DNA of 32,748 nt, taken from sequence record DRR378314_403; one strand, written 5' to 3'. A program made the translations under genes and the position numbers. Shown piece after piece: positions 1-9,493 of the stretch; within the stretch, counting starts at the first letter, position 1; each line of letters opens with the position of its first letter. The notes under the pieces are model-generated. The model was not told where the DNA came from and did no database searches. It was given only the letters and a program-made list of their open reading frames with translations.

Positions 1-1
1 T

Positions 2-1591
2 ATTATAGATACCCCTGGTCACGCCGATTTCGGTGGTGAAGTGGAGCGAGTACTAAATATGGCCGATGGGGTTTTGTTGTTGGTTGATGCCTTCGAGGGG
101 CCAATGCCGCAGACCCGTTTTGTGCTTCAAAAAGCGATTGACCTTGGATTGAAGCCTTGTGTGGTTATCAACAAAGTAGATAAAGAAAACTGTACCCCGG
201 AGGAAGTGCACGAAAAAGTGTTCGATTTGATGTTTGAATTGGGTGCGGAAGAATGGCAACTGGATTTCCCAACCGTTTATGGTTCTGCAAAGAACAACTG
301 GATGGGCGAGGATTGGAAAGAGCCTACCGAAAGCATTGAGCCATTGTTGGATATGGTCATCGAGCATGTTCCAGAATTTAAACCACAAGAAGGTACAACC
401 CAAATGTTGATCACCTCGTTGGACTTTTCTTCGTTCACGGGGCGAATAGCTATCGGTAGATTGCAAAGAGGAAGCCTTCGCGAAGGACAACAGGTTTCTT
501 TGGTAAAAAGAGATGGTTCCATTGTGAAGACCAGAATCAAAGAACTTTTCACGTTCGAAGGTCTGGGACGTTTAAAAGTGGAAGAAGTAGTTGCAGGCGA
601 TATCTGTGCTATTGTGGGAATGGAAGGATTTGAAATCGGTGACACCGTTGCCGACCTTGAAAACCCAGAAAAACTAAAGACCATCGCGATTGATGAGCCT
701 ACAATGAGTATGCTTTTCACGATCAACGATAGTCCGTTTTTTGGTAAGGATGGAAAATTTGTTACTTCCAGACACATTAAAGAACGTTTGGAAAAAGAAT
801 TGGAGAAAAACTTGGCGCTTCGCGTTCAGGAAACCGATAGTGCCGACAAGTTTTTGGTGTACGGACGTGGTGTATTGCACCTTTCTGTTTTGATAGAAAC
901 AATGCGTAGGGAAGGCTACGAACTGCAAATAGGCCAGCCACAGGTGATCATCAAAGAAATTGATGGTGTAAAATGTGAGCCAGTGGAAAACCTGACCATC
1001 GATTTACCGGAAGAAGTGTCTGGAAAAGCTGTGGAAATGGTATCCATCCGTAAAGGAGAAATGACCAGTATGGAAGCAAGAGGTTCCCGAATGGTCTGTG
1101 AATTCATTATTCCATCCAGAGGAATCATCGGTCTTAGAAACCAATTGCTGACGGCAACAGCGGGAGAGGCCATTATGGCGCACAGGTTTTTGGAGTACCA
1201 ACCCTTAAAAGGTGATATCCCACAACGATTGAACGGTTCTTTGGTCTCTATGGAAAACGGAACAGCCATTCCTTATTCTATTGATAAACTTCAGGATAGA
1301 GGTAAATTCTTTGTAGATCCAGGAGAGGATATTTATGAGGGTCAGGTAATTGGTGAGAACTCTCGTCAAGACGATATGACTGTGAACGTAACCAAGACCA
1401 AAAAATTATCCAATGTTCGTTCTTCAGGAGCGGATGATAAGGCCAAGATTGTACCGGCCATCAAATTCTCCTTGGAAGAAGCTTTGGAATATATCCAAAA
1501 AGATGAATACGTTGAGGTAACGCCACGTCACCTAAGGATCAGAAAGATCTATCTAAAAGAAGTGGACAGAAAAAGAAACAAAGTAGTGTAA
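2..1591 (+). CDS. typA: Translational GTPase TypA/BipA, 5'-truncated by the window edge
   Basis: Frame is open from nt 2 ([17 protein letters not shown]3 motif). It has NKVD (G4), [20 protein letters not shown] and the BipA C-terminus ([18 protein letters not shown]). GTG at 41 is an internal codon, not the start. Confidence 0.97.
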   Translation: MIDTPGHADFGGEVERVLNMADGVLLLVDAFEGPMPQTRFVLQKAIDLGLKPCVVINKVDKENCTPEEVHEKVFDLMFELGAEEWQLDFPTVYGSAKNNWMGEDWKEPTESIEPLLDMVIEHVPEFKPQEGTTQMLITSLDFSSFTGRIAIGRLQRGSLREGQQVSLVKRDGSIVKTRIKELFTFEGLGRLKVEEVVAGDICAIVGMEGFEIGDTVADLENPEKLKTIAIDEPTMSMLFTINDSPFFGKDGKFVTSRHIKERLEKELEKNLALRVQETDSADKFLVYGRGVLHLSVLIETMRREGYELQIGQPQVIIKEIDGVKCEPVENLTIDLPEEVSGKAVEMVSIRKGEMTSMEARGSRMVCEFIIPSRGIIGLRNQLLTATAGEAIMAHRFLEYQPLKGDIPQRLNGSLVSMENGTAIPYSIDKLQDRGKFFVDPGEDIYEGQVIGENSRQDDMTVNVTKTKKLSNVRSSGADDKAKIVPAIKFSLEEALEYIQKDEYVEVTPRHLRIRKIYLKEVDRKRNKVV

Positions 1592-1617
1592 TCAAAAACA
1601 CACTTTGAAAAACTTAT

Positions 1618-1659
1618 AAAGCGAGTGAGGAAACTAATCTTCATTCGCTTTTCTTTTTT
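1618..1659 (+). terminator. Intrinsic terminator of typA
   Basis: AAAGCGAGTGAGG (1618-1630) pairs with CTTCATTCGCTTT (1639-1651) using G-U pairs, followed by TCTTTTTT. Confidence 0.75.
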
Positions 1660-1691
1660 GATGGCTATTCGTTTTCGTAATGACTTTACAA

Positions 1692-1728
1692 GAGATTCTT
1701 CACTCGCTTATGCCCGTTCAGAATGACA
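1692..1728 (-). repeat. TGTCA-tipped REP-like palindromic repeat
   Basis: Reverse complement reads TGTCATTCTGAACGGGCATAAGCGAGTGAAGAATCTC. It aligns with 11122-11147 and shares GTCATTCT...AGAATCTC ends with 32681-32709. Confidence 0.65.
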
Positions 1729-1777
1729 CCAATGTAAGTCTTGGTCCTTGATTCTTGTTTGTCCTGAATCCTAAAAA

Positions 1778-2536
1778 TCAATGCAAGTGTCCATGGTGTT
1801 GCTCACGTAAACAAGATACGGCCGCTCCAATGATTCCAGCGTGGTTCATAAGTTCGGCCTTTACCACATTGGTTTCAATTTTGATGTGGTGACTGAACTC
1901 TTCCCATTTTTTAGAGGTTCCGCCCCCAACGATTATAAGATCTGGACAAACAATAAGTTCCACCAATTTTAAAAATTTATTGAAGCGTTTGCCCCATTTT
2001 TTAAAACTGAGTTCTTCTCTTTCCTTGGCAGAGGCAGCCGCCCATTTTTCAATTTTTTTGTGTTTTTTGTAAGGAATTTGTCCTAACTCAAAATTTGGGA
2101 TCAACACACCGTTGAAAAATGCACCGCTTCCCAATCCGGTTCCGATGGTAATCATAATCACCAACCCATCTTTACCTTTTCCAACACCATAGTTCATTGA
2201 TGCATATCCTGCAGCATCGGCATCGTTCAGAACAGTAAATTCTTGACCTGTGTACTCGGTAAACAATTCATCAATATTGACACCGACCCAACTTGGATCT
2301 AGGTTTCCAGGGGATTTACAAATTCCATTTTTAACTATAGACGGAAATCCACAGCCTACAGGGCCTTTGTAATTAAAGTGGTCCACAATTTCTGCCACCA
2401 CTTTGGCCATGTCTTTCGGTTTTTTTGATTTTGGAGTAGGAATTCGGAAACGTTCTGTCAACATTTCCCCAGTTTCGGCGTTTACCAAGGCACCTTTGAT
2501 GCCCGAACCGCCAATGTCAATACCAAGAATTTCCAT
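1778..2536 (-). CDS. ppgK: Polyphosphate glucokinase (ROK family)
   Basis: [50 protein letters not shown]. It lacks the Cys-rich Zn motif of other ROK proteins, as PPGKs do. Confidence 0.88.
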   Translation of the reverse strand: MEILGIDIGGSGIKGALVNAETGEMLTERFRIPTPKSKKPKDMAKVVAEIVDHFNYKGPVGCGFPSIVKNGICKSPGNLDPSWVGVNIDELFTEYTGQEFTVLNDADAAGYASMNYGVGKGKDGLVIMITIGTGLGSGAFFNGVLIPNFELGQIPYKKHKKIEKWAAASAKEREELSFKKWGKRFNKFLKLVELIVCPDLIIVGGGTSKKWEEFSHHIKIETNVVKAELMNHAGIIGAAVSCLREQHHGHLH

Positions 2537-2633
2537 ATATAGGAATCGCGATTAGTTTAAACAAAGTAACAAAAACTTTTATTGAACAAGTAATTGTATT
2601 GAAAATCAATGGGCTGTACTTGCATTTTGATGG

Positions 2634-3317
2634 TCATATCGCCTTTTGAATCACTTCAAAAACCTTACTCCCATCACACTTTAGGGTTTTGTGCGGGTAT
2701 TTCAAAATCAGGGCATAGTCGTGTGTGGCCATAATAATCGTACGCCCATTTTGATTGATATCCTGCAACACTTTCATGACCTCCACGCTGGTTTGCGGAT
2801 CAAGGTTTCCGGTCGGCTCATCCGCTAGAATAAGCTCAGGGTCGTTTAACAGGGCGCGGGCAATGGCAATACGTTGTTGTTCGCCGCCCGATAGTTCGTG
2901 CGGGAACTTAAAACCTTTGGTTTTCATTCCCACCTTGTCGAGGACTTCCTCGATTTTGTCGTCCATTTTTTTAGGATCGGTCCAGCCGGTTGCCTTAAGT
3001 ACAAATTTTAGGTTGTTATTGATGTTTCTATCGGGCAGCAACTTAAAATCTTGGAATACAATCCCCAGTTTTCTTCGCAAATAAGGAATGTCTTTTTCCC
3101 TTAAGGTTTTCAGGTCAAAATCCACCACTTCCCCAGAACCTTGTTTAAATGGGAGGTCGGCATAAAGTGTTTTCATAAAACTACTCTTTCCGCTTCCCGT
3201 TTTACCAATTACGTAAACAAATTCTCCCTTCTTGACCTCAAGGTTAATTTCGTTGAGAACCAGATTCTCGTTCTGAAATATGGCTACGTCTTTTAGTTTT
3301 ACAATGGTCTCGGGCAT
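2634..3317 (-). CDS. ftsE: FtsE-like ABC ATP-binding protein
   Basis: Walker [53 protein letters not shown]; 227 aa. No ftsX or other permease is adjacent. Confidence 0.8.
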   Translation of the reverse strand: MPETIVKLKDVAIFQNENLVLNEINLEVKKGEFVYVIGKTGSGKSSFMKTLYADLPFKQGSGEVVDFDLKTLREKDIPYLRRKLGIVFQDFKLLPDRNINNNLKFVLKATGWTDPKKMDDKIEEVLDKVGMKTKGFKFPHELSGGEQQRIAIARALLNDPELILADEPTGNLDPQTSVEVMKVLQDINQNGRTIIMATHDYALILKYPHKTLKCDGSKVFEVIQKAI

Positions 3318-3415
3318 AGTATTGCTTTATGGAATAAAGGTACTAAGTTCTTAAATTATTCATCAATATTGCACAACCAAATGTTACAACTTTAGGTGTT
3401 GACATACTTTGGCCT

Positions 3416-3423
3416 TAATTTTG
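3416..3423 (+). promoter_or_regulatory. Bacteroidota sigma70 -7 element for the TPR/beta-barrel operon
   Basis: TAATTTTG matches TAnnTTTG and lies about 40 nt upstream of ATG 3464. Confidence 0.55.
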
Positions 3424-3463
3424 ACGTTATGAATAAAGTCAATCGAGAAGAGCGTAGAACACT

Positions 3464-6400
3464 ATGAATCGAAAAACCCTCCTTTTAATTCCCATTTTAT
3501 TGGGAACTTTTTTTGTTGTTTCCGCACAGGAAACCAAAATATATACCCACGAAAATAAAGCCTATCAAGATGCCTTGGCGCTCTATAACAACGAGCAATA
3601 CCAAGCGGCCCAGCACATTTTTGAGTCGGTAAAGGAAACCACCAAAGATGGCGAAACCGAAGCCAATAGCGCTTACTATGCAGCCAATGCCGCCATTCGC
3701 TTGAACCAGCGCGGAGCGGATAAAATGATGGAAGATTTTGTGGAAAGATATCCAACATCCACCAAAAGAAATTCTGCTTTTTTAGATGTGGCCGATTACT
3801 ATTTTGAAACTGGAAAATACCCCTACGCTTTAAAATGGTACAAAAAGGTTGATGAAAATTCGATGCCGTATTCCGAGCGCGACCGTTTTAATTTTAATAA
3901 TGGGTACGCTTTGTACGCGTCCAAACGTCCGCAAGAAGCTGAACGTTATTTGAACAAGGTCACTACCTCCCAAAAGTATGGTTCGCAGGCCAAATATTAT
4001 TTAGGGTACATCGCTTATGAGCAAGACGATTACAATTCGGCAAGTGCACGTTTCGACCAGATTCAGGATCCTGAATTATTGGATGAAAAGTTGACGTATT
4101 ATCAAGCAGACCTAAATTTTAAATTAGGAAAGTTTGAAGAAGCCATTGCATTGGCGAAAAAGCAGTTGCCCAAAAGCAACCGTCAAGAAGTTTCGGAACT
4201 CAACAAGATCATCGGCGAAAGCTATTTCAATTTGGAACAATATGCCGAAGCGATTCCCTATTTGGAAGAATATAAGGGCAAACGGGGCAAATTAAATAAC
4301 ACCGACTACTATTTGCTAGGCTACAGCCATTATAAACTGGGTGATTATCAAAATGCTATTCAGCAATTCAATAAAATTATAGGTGGGAGCAATGCGGTTT
4401 CCCAAAATGCGTATTATCACTTGGCGGAATGCTATTTAAAGTTGGATAAAAAATCCGAAGCGCTAAATGCTTTCCGTAATGCTTCGCAAATGGAGTTCAG
4501 TCCAGAAATCCAAAAAGATGCCTGGTTGAACTATGCCCGTTTGAGCTACGAAATTGGGAATGCCTACGAACCCGTTCCACAGGTTTTGACCACCTATCTG
4601 GAAAAATATCCAAAGGATGAATATCAAATGGAGATCCAAGAACTTTTGGTGGACTCTTACATTACCTCTCGAAATTTTGAAGGTGCGATGCAGCTTTTGG
4701 AGGAAAATCAAAACTACGCAAGCAAAGAAACCTATCAAAAAGTGGCCTATTACCGAGGCATTGAGCTTTTTATTGATGGTGATTACGAAGGTGCTTGGGA
4801 GCGATTTGATAAATCCCTACAAAGTGCAGAAAACCCCAGTTTTGAAGCTCGCGCTCTGTATTGGAAAGCAGAATCTGCTTACCGACTGAACCGTTTTGAG
4901 GAAGCCTTGGTCGATTTTGTGCGTTTCCAGAATTCGCCAGCAGCCAAATCACTTTCAGAATATGACCAGTTGGATTATAATTTGGGCTACTCCTATTTTA
5001 AACTAAAAGACTACAACAACGCGATATCTTATTTTCAGAATGTGGTGAGTTCCAATGCCATTGATGATCAACGAAAAAATGATGGTTACTTGCGCTTAGG
5101 AGACAGTTACTTTGTAAACAGTAAATATCAACTGGCAAGAAAAGCTTACGATGCTTCATCAAAGATGAACGGCCCCGAACGGGATTATGCTGCCTTCCAA
5201 AAAACACTTTGCGATGGCTTTTTGGGCAACAATTCAGCAAAGATTGATGGCCTCAACGAATTTTTGAGGATGTACCCAAGCTCATCATTGCGCGATGATG
5301 CTTTGTTCGAATTAGGTAATTCCTATATCAACAATAACCAAGAAAGTTTAGGGCTCCAGACCTACGATAGAATCGTGGATGAATACTCAGGAAGCAGGTT
5401 TGCGCCAAGAGGATTGTTGCGTTCCGGTTTGGTGTATTACAATTCAAGTCGTAACGATCAAGCCTTGGACAAGCTAAAAGAGGTGGTTCAAAAATACCCC
5501 AATACGCAAGAAGCCAAGCAAGCGGTAGCTACCGCCAAATTGGTCTATGTGGACGAAGGTCGGGTAAGCGAATATGCCGCTTGGGCCAGAAATTTGGATT
5601 TTGTGGAGGTAACCGATACCGAATTGGACAACGCCAGTTTTGAATCTGCCGAAAGAAAACAAATTGAGGGCAAAACCGCTGCAGCCGTTCGTGGATATGA
5701 GGATTATTTAAAAGAATTCCCCAATGGACTGCACGCACAGAATGCCAGCTTTGCCCTAGCACAGCTCTATTTTGCCAACGGCGAAAAAGAAAAGGCACTA
5801 CCAAAATATAAATCTGTTGCCGATGGTGGCAATGGGGAGTATACCGAACAGGCCTTGACCCGTGTTTGTGAAATCTATGTGGAAAAACAAGACTACAACA
5901 GCGCTATCCCGTATTTAAAAAGATTGGAGAGTACCGCAGATATTTCAGAAAACAAAACCTTTGCACAATCCAATTTGATGAAAGGTTTTTATGGACAGAA
6001 GGAATATTCACAAACTATTGATTATGCTGAAAAAGTGTTGAACGCCCCAAAAATTGATGATCGCATTAAAAGTGATGCGCATATAATGATTGCACGTTCC
6101 GCTATTGCCACCGATAATGAAAGTTTGGCAAAAACAGCCTATCAAGATGTTAGGGAAATTGCTTCAGGAGAGCTTGCCGCCGAAGCTTGGTACTACGATG
6201 CCTATTTTAAAAATCAGGAACAGGCTTTTGAAGCATCCAACGAGTCCGTTCAAAAATTGGCAAAGGATTATGCGGCCTACAAGGAATGGGCAGGAAAAGG
6301 CTTGGTGATCATGGCCAAGAACTTCTACAATTTGGGAGATGCCTTCCAGGCCACCTACATTTTGGAAAGTGTCATTACCAATTTTTCCGAATTTGAGGAA

Positions 6401-6487
6401 ATCCTTGCGGAAGCAGAAAGTGAGTTGGCCACTATCAAAGCCAAAGAAGCAGAGAGCAATTCATCCGTAGACCCCAACGAAAATTAA
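3464..6487 (+). CDS. Large secreted tetratricopeptide-repeat (TPR) protein, 1007 aa
   Basis: Sec/SPI-like signal (MNRKTLLLIPILLGTFFVVSA|Q). Repeated TPR patterns (YYLGY..Y, Y..A...F) run through the whole protein, with BamD/CpoB-like YPxS turns. Confidence 0.9.
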   Translation: MNRKTLLLIPILLGTFFVVSAQETKIYTHENKAYQDALALYNNEQYQAAQHIFESVKETTKDGETEANSAYYAANAAIRLNQRGADKMMEDFVERYPTSTKRNSAFLDVADYYFETGKYPYALKWYKKVDENSMPYSERDRFNFNNGYALYASKRPQEAERYLNKVTTSQKYGSQAKYYLGYIAYEQDDYNSASARFDQIQDPELLDEKLTYYQADLNFKLGKFEEAIALAKKQLPKSNRQEVSELNKIIGESYFNLEQYAEAIPYLEEYKGKRGKLNNTDYYLLGYSHYKLGDYQNAIQQFNKIIGGSNAVSQNAYYHLAECYLKLDKKSEALNAFRNASQMEFSPEIQKDAWLNYARLSYEIGNAYEPVPQVLTTYLEKYPKDEYQMEIQELLVDSYITSRNFEGAMQLLEENQNYASKETYQKVAYYRGIELFIDGDYEGAWERFDKSLQSAENPSFEARALYWKAESAYRLNRFEEALVDFVRFQNSPAAKSLSEYDQLDYNLGYSYFKLKDYNNAISYFQNVVSSNAIDDQRKNDGYLRLGDSYFVNSKYQLARKAYDASSKMNGPERDYAAFQKTLCDGFLGNNSAKIDGLNEFLRMYPSSSLRDDALFELGNSYINNNQESLGLQTYDRIVDEYSGSRFAPRGLLRSGLVYYNSSRNDQALDKLKEVVQKYPNTQEAKQAVATAKLVYVDEGRVSEYAAWARNLDFVEVTDTELDNASFESAERKQIEGKTAAAVRGYEDYLKEFPNGLHAQNASFALAQLYFANGEKEKALPKYKSVADGGNGEYTEQALTRVCEIYVEKQDYNSAIPYLKRLESTADISENKTFAQSNLMKGFYGQKEYSQTIDYAEKVLNAPKIDDRIKSDAHIMIARSAIATDNESLAKTAYQDVREIASGELAAEAWYYDAYFKNQEQAFEASNESVQKLAKDYAAYKEWAGKGLVIMAKNFYNLGDAFQATYILESVITNFSEFEEILAEAESELATIKAKEAESNSSVDPNEN

Positions 6488-6499
6488 ACGAGACACAAG

Positions 6500-8254
6500 A
6501 TGCAAAAGAGAACCTATATATTTTCATTACTTTTTTTGAGCCTTTGCGGAGCTGTTATCGCCCAAGAAGAGGATAACATTGGTACGGAAACGGTAACGGT
6601 CGTGAAACCGTATTCCCCCACCGTTTCGGATGCCTTTAAAATTAAATCGTCGCCCAGTTTGAACGATTCCATCATGCTTCAGAAAAAGAAAATTAATTAC
6701 AGCATATTTTCCGTCCCCGTAGCCTCGACTTTTACCCCCGCAAAGGGCAAGGCTTCGGGAGTGGAAAAAACACCACCGCCCACTTTGTACAATTCGTATG
6801 CATCCGTTGGTCTGGGTAATTACAACAACGCTTTGGTCGATTTTTATACGAGTCGCGAATTTAATAGAGGTGAAGATTTGTTGGATTTTGGCCTTACCCA
6901 CAACTCATCCCGTGGTGATTTGGATTCTACACCCTTGGAAACGGATTTCTACGATACCAAATTGAACGCGTCTTATGCTAAAAAGGATCGCTACATGGAT
7001 TGGGGCGCAGCCATTGGTCTGCAACATCAACTGTACAATTGGTATGGAATACAGAGCGAATTGTTCAGTGAGGATGAAATCAATGCGATGGATGAGCAGC
7101 AAAACTATTTCAATGCCGAGGCCAAGGCCCATTTTAATATAGAAGACTCCTATTTTAAGAGTGGTAATGTATTGTTGAGGCGGTTTTGGGACGCCACGGA
7201 ATCTGCAGAGAACCGAGCCGTCATCAATCCCACTTTTGAACTTCCCATCACCGAGGAATTGATTACGATTTCCGCGAAGGTGGATTATGTAGGGGGCAGT
7301 TTTCAAAATGGTTCCATTACGGAAGGGGAAAACGATGGAGAAAAAAAATATAGCAATCTACAAGCAGGGGTAACCCCAAGTCTTTTGATTTTGCGTGATG
7401 ACCTTACCATCAATTTGGGAGCCAACCTTGTCTACGGGTTGGATATGGAAAATAGCGAGAACAACTTTTATATTTACCCGGCAGTGACCGCATCGTATCG
7501 TGTTATGGACGAAAATGTGATTGCCTATGGGGGAATCGAAGGAGAGTTGAAGCAAAACTCCTATCACGATTTTGTAGATGAAAACCCATATGTGTCACCA
7601 ACTTTGGACATTGTCCCCACTGACCAGCAGTACGAAGGATATTTGGGGCTAAAAGGGCAATTGACCTCCAATGTAGGGTACAACATCAAAGGTTCATACA
7701 TGGCGGAGAATAGAAAACCACTTTTCTTTCATAATACCATAAACACATCCAGAATGGATGAAAAAAGCTATTATTATGGCAATTCCTTTCAGGTTTTTTA
7801 TGATGATGTAAAAACCTTGGGCGTGTTCGGGGAAATCAATGTGGATATCAATCGTAACTTTTCGTTGGGCGTAAATGGAGAATTCTATGATTATGATACC
7901 GAAACGGATAACCCCGCTTGGAACTTACCTTCCATTAAAGGCTCTTTGTTTATGGATTATCAAATCACCGATCAATGGTATATGGGAGCCAACCTGTTCT
8001 ATGTGGGAGAAAGGGATGATTTATTGTCAACAATCAGTCCAATAAATATAGCAGATCCACCTATAGTGTACACGCCTGTCACTTTGGATGGCTTTTTTGA
8101 TGCCAATGCACACGTAGGGTATCGGTTTAATGAACAACTTTCCATTTTTGTAAAAGCATCCAATATTGCGAACAACAATTACCAGCGTTGGGCCAATTTT
8201 AGGGTGCAAGGTTTCCAAGCTTTGGCGGGCGTATCCTATAAGTTTGATTTTTAG
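6500..8254 (+). CDS. Outer-membrane beta-barrel protein, TonB-dependent-receptor-like, with a very short N-terminal domain
   Basis: Signal peptide, ETVTV just after the mature N-terminus, alternating amphipathic strands and a C-terminal beta-signal (GVSYKFDF). It starts 12 nt after the TPR gene. Confidence 0.8.
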   Translation: MQKRTYIFSLLFLSLCGAVIAQEEDNIGTETVTVVKPYSPTVSDAFKIKSSPSLNDSIMLQKKKINYSIFSVPVASTFTPAKGKASGVEKTPPPTLYNSYASVGLGNYNNALVDFYTSREFNRGEDLLDFGLTHNSSRGDLDSTPLETDFYDTKLNASYAKKDRYMDWGAAIGLQHQLYNWYGIQSELFSEDEINAMDEQQNYFNAEAKAHFNIEDSYFKSGNVLLRRFWDATESAENRAVINPTFELPITEELITISAKVDYVGGSFQNGSITEGENDGEKKYSNLQAGVTPSLLILRDDLTINLGANLVYGLDMENSENNFYIYPAVTASYRVMDENVIAYGGIEGELKQNSYHDFVDENPYVSPTLDIVPTDQQYEGYLGLKGQLTSNVGYNIKGSYMAENRKPLFFHNTINTSRMDEKSYYYGNSFQVFYDDVKTLGVFGEINVDINRNFSLGVNGEFYDYDTETDNPAWNLPSIKGSLFMDYQITDQWYMGANLFYVGERDDLLSTISPINIADPPIVYTPVTLDGFFDANAHVGYRFNEQLSIFVKASNIANNNYQRWANFRVQGFQALAGVSYKFDF

Positions 8255-8347
8255 ACTGTAGGAGAATACGCAATAAATTGTTAAAAATACCGTTCATTAT
8301 TTTCGGTCAACTCGTTGATGTTCCAATAGTTGACCGTTCCCATTTAA

Positions 8348-9451
8348 ATGGAAATAATGCAACCAAGACCGTTACATAACATTTTTTTGCTTGCTTTTTT
8401 GATGCTCGCCTCATTGACCTTTGGACAAAACTTAGTGCAAAATGGCGGTTTTGAGGAGTATAGTTCTTGTCCCGTTAAAATGAGCAATCTTAATAAAGAT
8501 GCAGCCTATTGGAGCGCCCCTACCTTGGGAACCACCGATTACTTTAACGAATGTAGCCGAACCAAATTGGGTGTTCCCATGAACTTCAAGGGCAAACAAG
8601 AACCTTACGAAGGTGCTGCTTATGCGGGTCTTTACCTGTTCGCCCCTCGTGATTACCGTGAGTATATTCAAGTGCCATTAACACAAACACTTGAAAAGGG
8701 AAGTCGCTACCGGTTGACCTTATTTTTGAGTCTCTCCGAAAAATCGGATGGCGCGGTGATGGATATGGGGGCTGTTTTTGCCGAAAAACCACTTACTGTA
8801 CATACCAAGCGCGAACTTTCACAAAATGAACTTTATACCGCCTCTACCCAGACGTCTCATATCAAACAATTTCCAGTTACTGGGTATTATCAGGATAAAC
8901 AAAATTGGATGGAGTTGAGTTTTGATATCGTGTCCAAAGGTTTTGAAAATTACCTCATTCTTGGAAATTTTAAAAGCAATGCAGGTACGAATTATTTGAA
9001 AACCAAAGAAACATCAAGAAGAGAAGAAGGCTATTCTTATTACTATTTGGATGACATTTCGTTGACCTATCTGGGCCCCGAATACAAAACTGATGAAGTT
9101 TATGTGCTGGACCACGTCAATTTTAATTTTGACCGTTTTGACCTTCAGCCCAAGGCTGAGCAGAGTCTACGGGATGTTTATGAGCACCTCAAGAAAAACC
9201 CCAACCTAAAGGTTGCTATCAACGGGCATACGGATGATTTGGGTTCCGATGAATACAACGACATCCTCTCTCGTGAAAGAGCGAGTTCGGTGGCGCAGTA
9301 TTTAATCAATTTGGGATTGGATAAAAACAGGATTACATCCAAGGGTTTTGGAGATAGCAAGCCGTTGGATACCACACTAACCGAAGATGCTCGAAGAAAG
9401 AACCGTAGAGTGGAATTTGTGATGACCAAGTTTGAGGACGAAAACCCGTGA
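8348..9451 (+). CDS. OmpA-family protein: N-terminal beta-sandwich-like domain plus C-terminal peptidoglycan-binding OmpA_C domain
   Basis: C-terminal VNFNFD, INGHTDDLGSDEYN..LSRERA..V, KGFGDSKP and NRRVEF. Signal peptide followed by QNLVQNGGFE. The start could be ATG 8357. Confidence 0.88.
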   Translation: MEIMQPRPLHNIFLLAFLMLASLTFGQNLVQNGGFEEYSSCPVKMSNLNKDAAYWSAPTLGTTDYFNECSRTKLGVPMNFKGKQEPYEGAAYAGLYLFAPRDYREYIQVPLTQTLEKGSRYRLTLFLSLSEKSDGAVMDMGAVFAEKPLTVHTKRELSQNELYTASTQTSHIKQFPVTGYYQDKQNWMELSFDIVSKGFENYLILGNFKSNAGTNYLKTKETSRREEGYSYYYLDDISLTYLGPEYKTDEVYVLDHVNFNFDRFDLQPKAEQSLRDVYEHLKKNPNLKVAINGHTDDLGSDEYNDILSRERASSVAQYLINLGLDKNRITSKGFGDSKPLDTTLTEDARRKNRRVEFVMTKFEDENP

Positions 9452-9469
9452 ACTTATCAGTGCTTTTTC

Positions 9470-9477
9470 TATTTTTG
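9470..9477 (+). promoter_or_regulatory. Possible -7 promoter element for the amidohydrolase
   Basis: TATTTTTG (TAnnTTTG) 16 nt before ATG 9494. Confidence 0.45.
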
Positions 9478-9493
9478 GAGGAAACCAACAGAA

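Noticed and set aside
41..43. ORF-track start of typA at GTG 41
   Set aside because: The frame is open to the window edge and encodes the DTPGH motif upstream; the real start is outside the window.
3464..8254. Reading the TPR/barrel pair as a SusC/SusD polysaccharide utilisation locus
   Set aside because: The barrel is far shorter than SusC and lacks its N-terminal domains; the TPR protein has no lipobox, lies upstream and is much larger than SusD; no CAZymes are adjacent.
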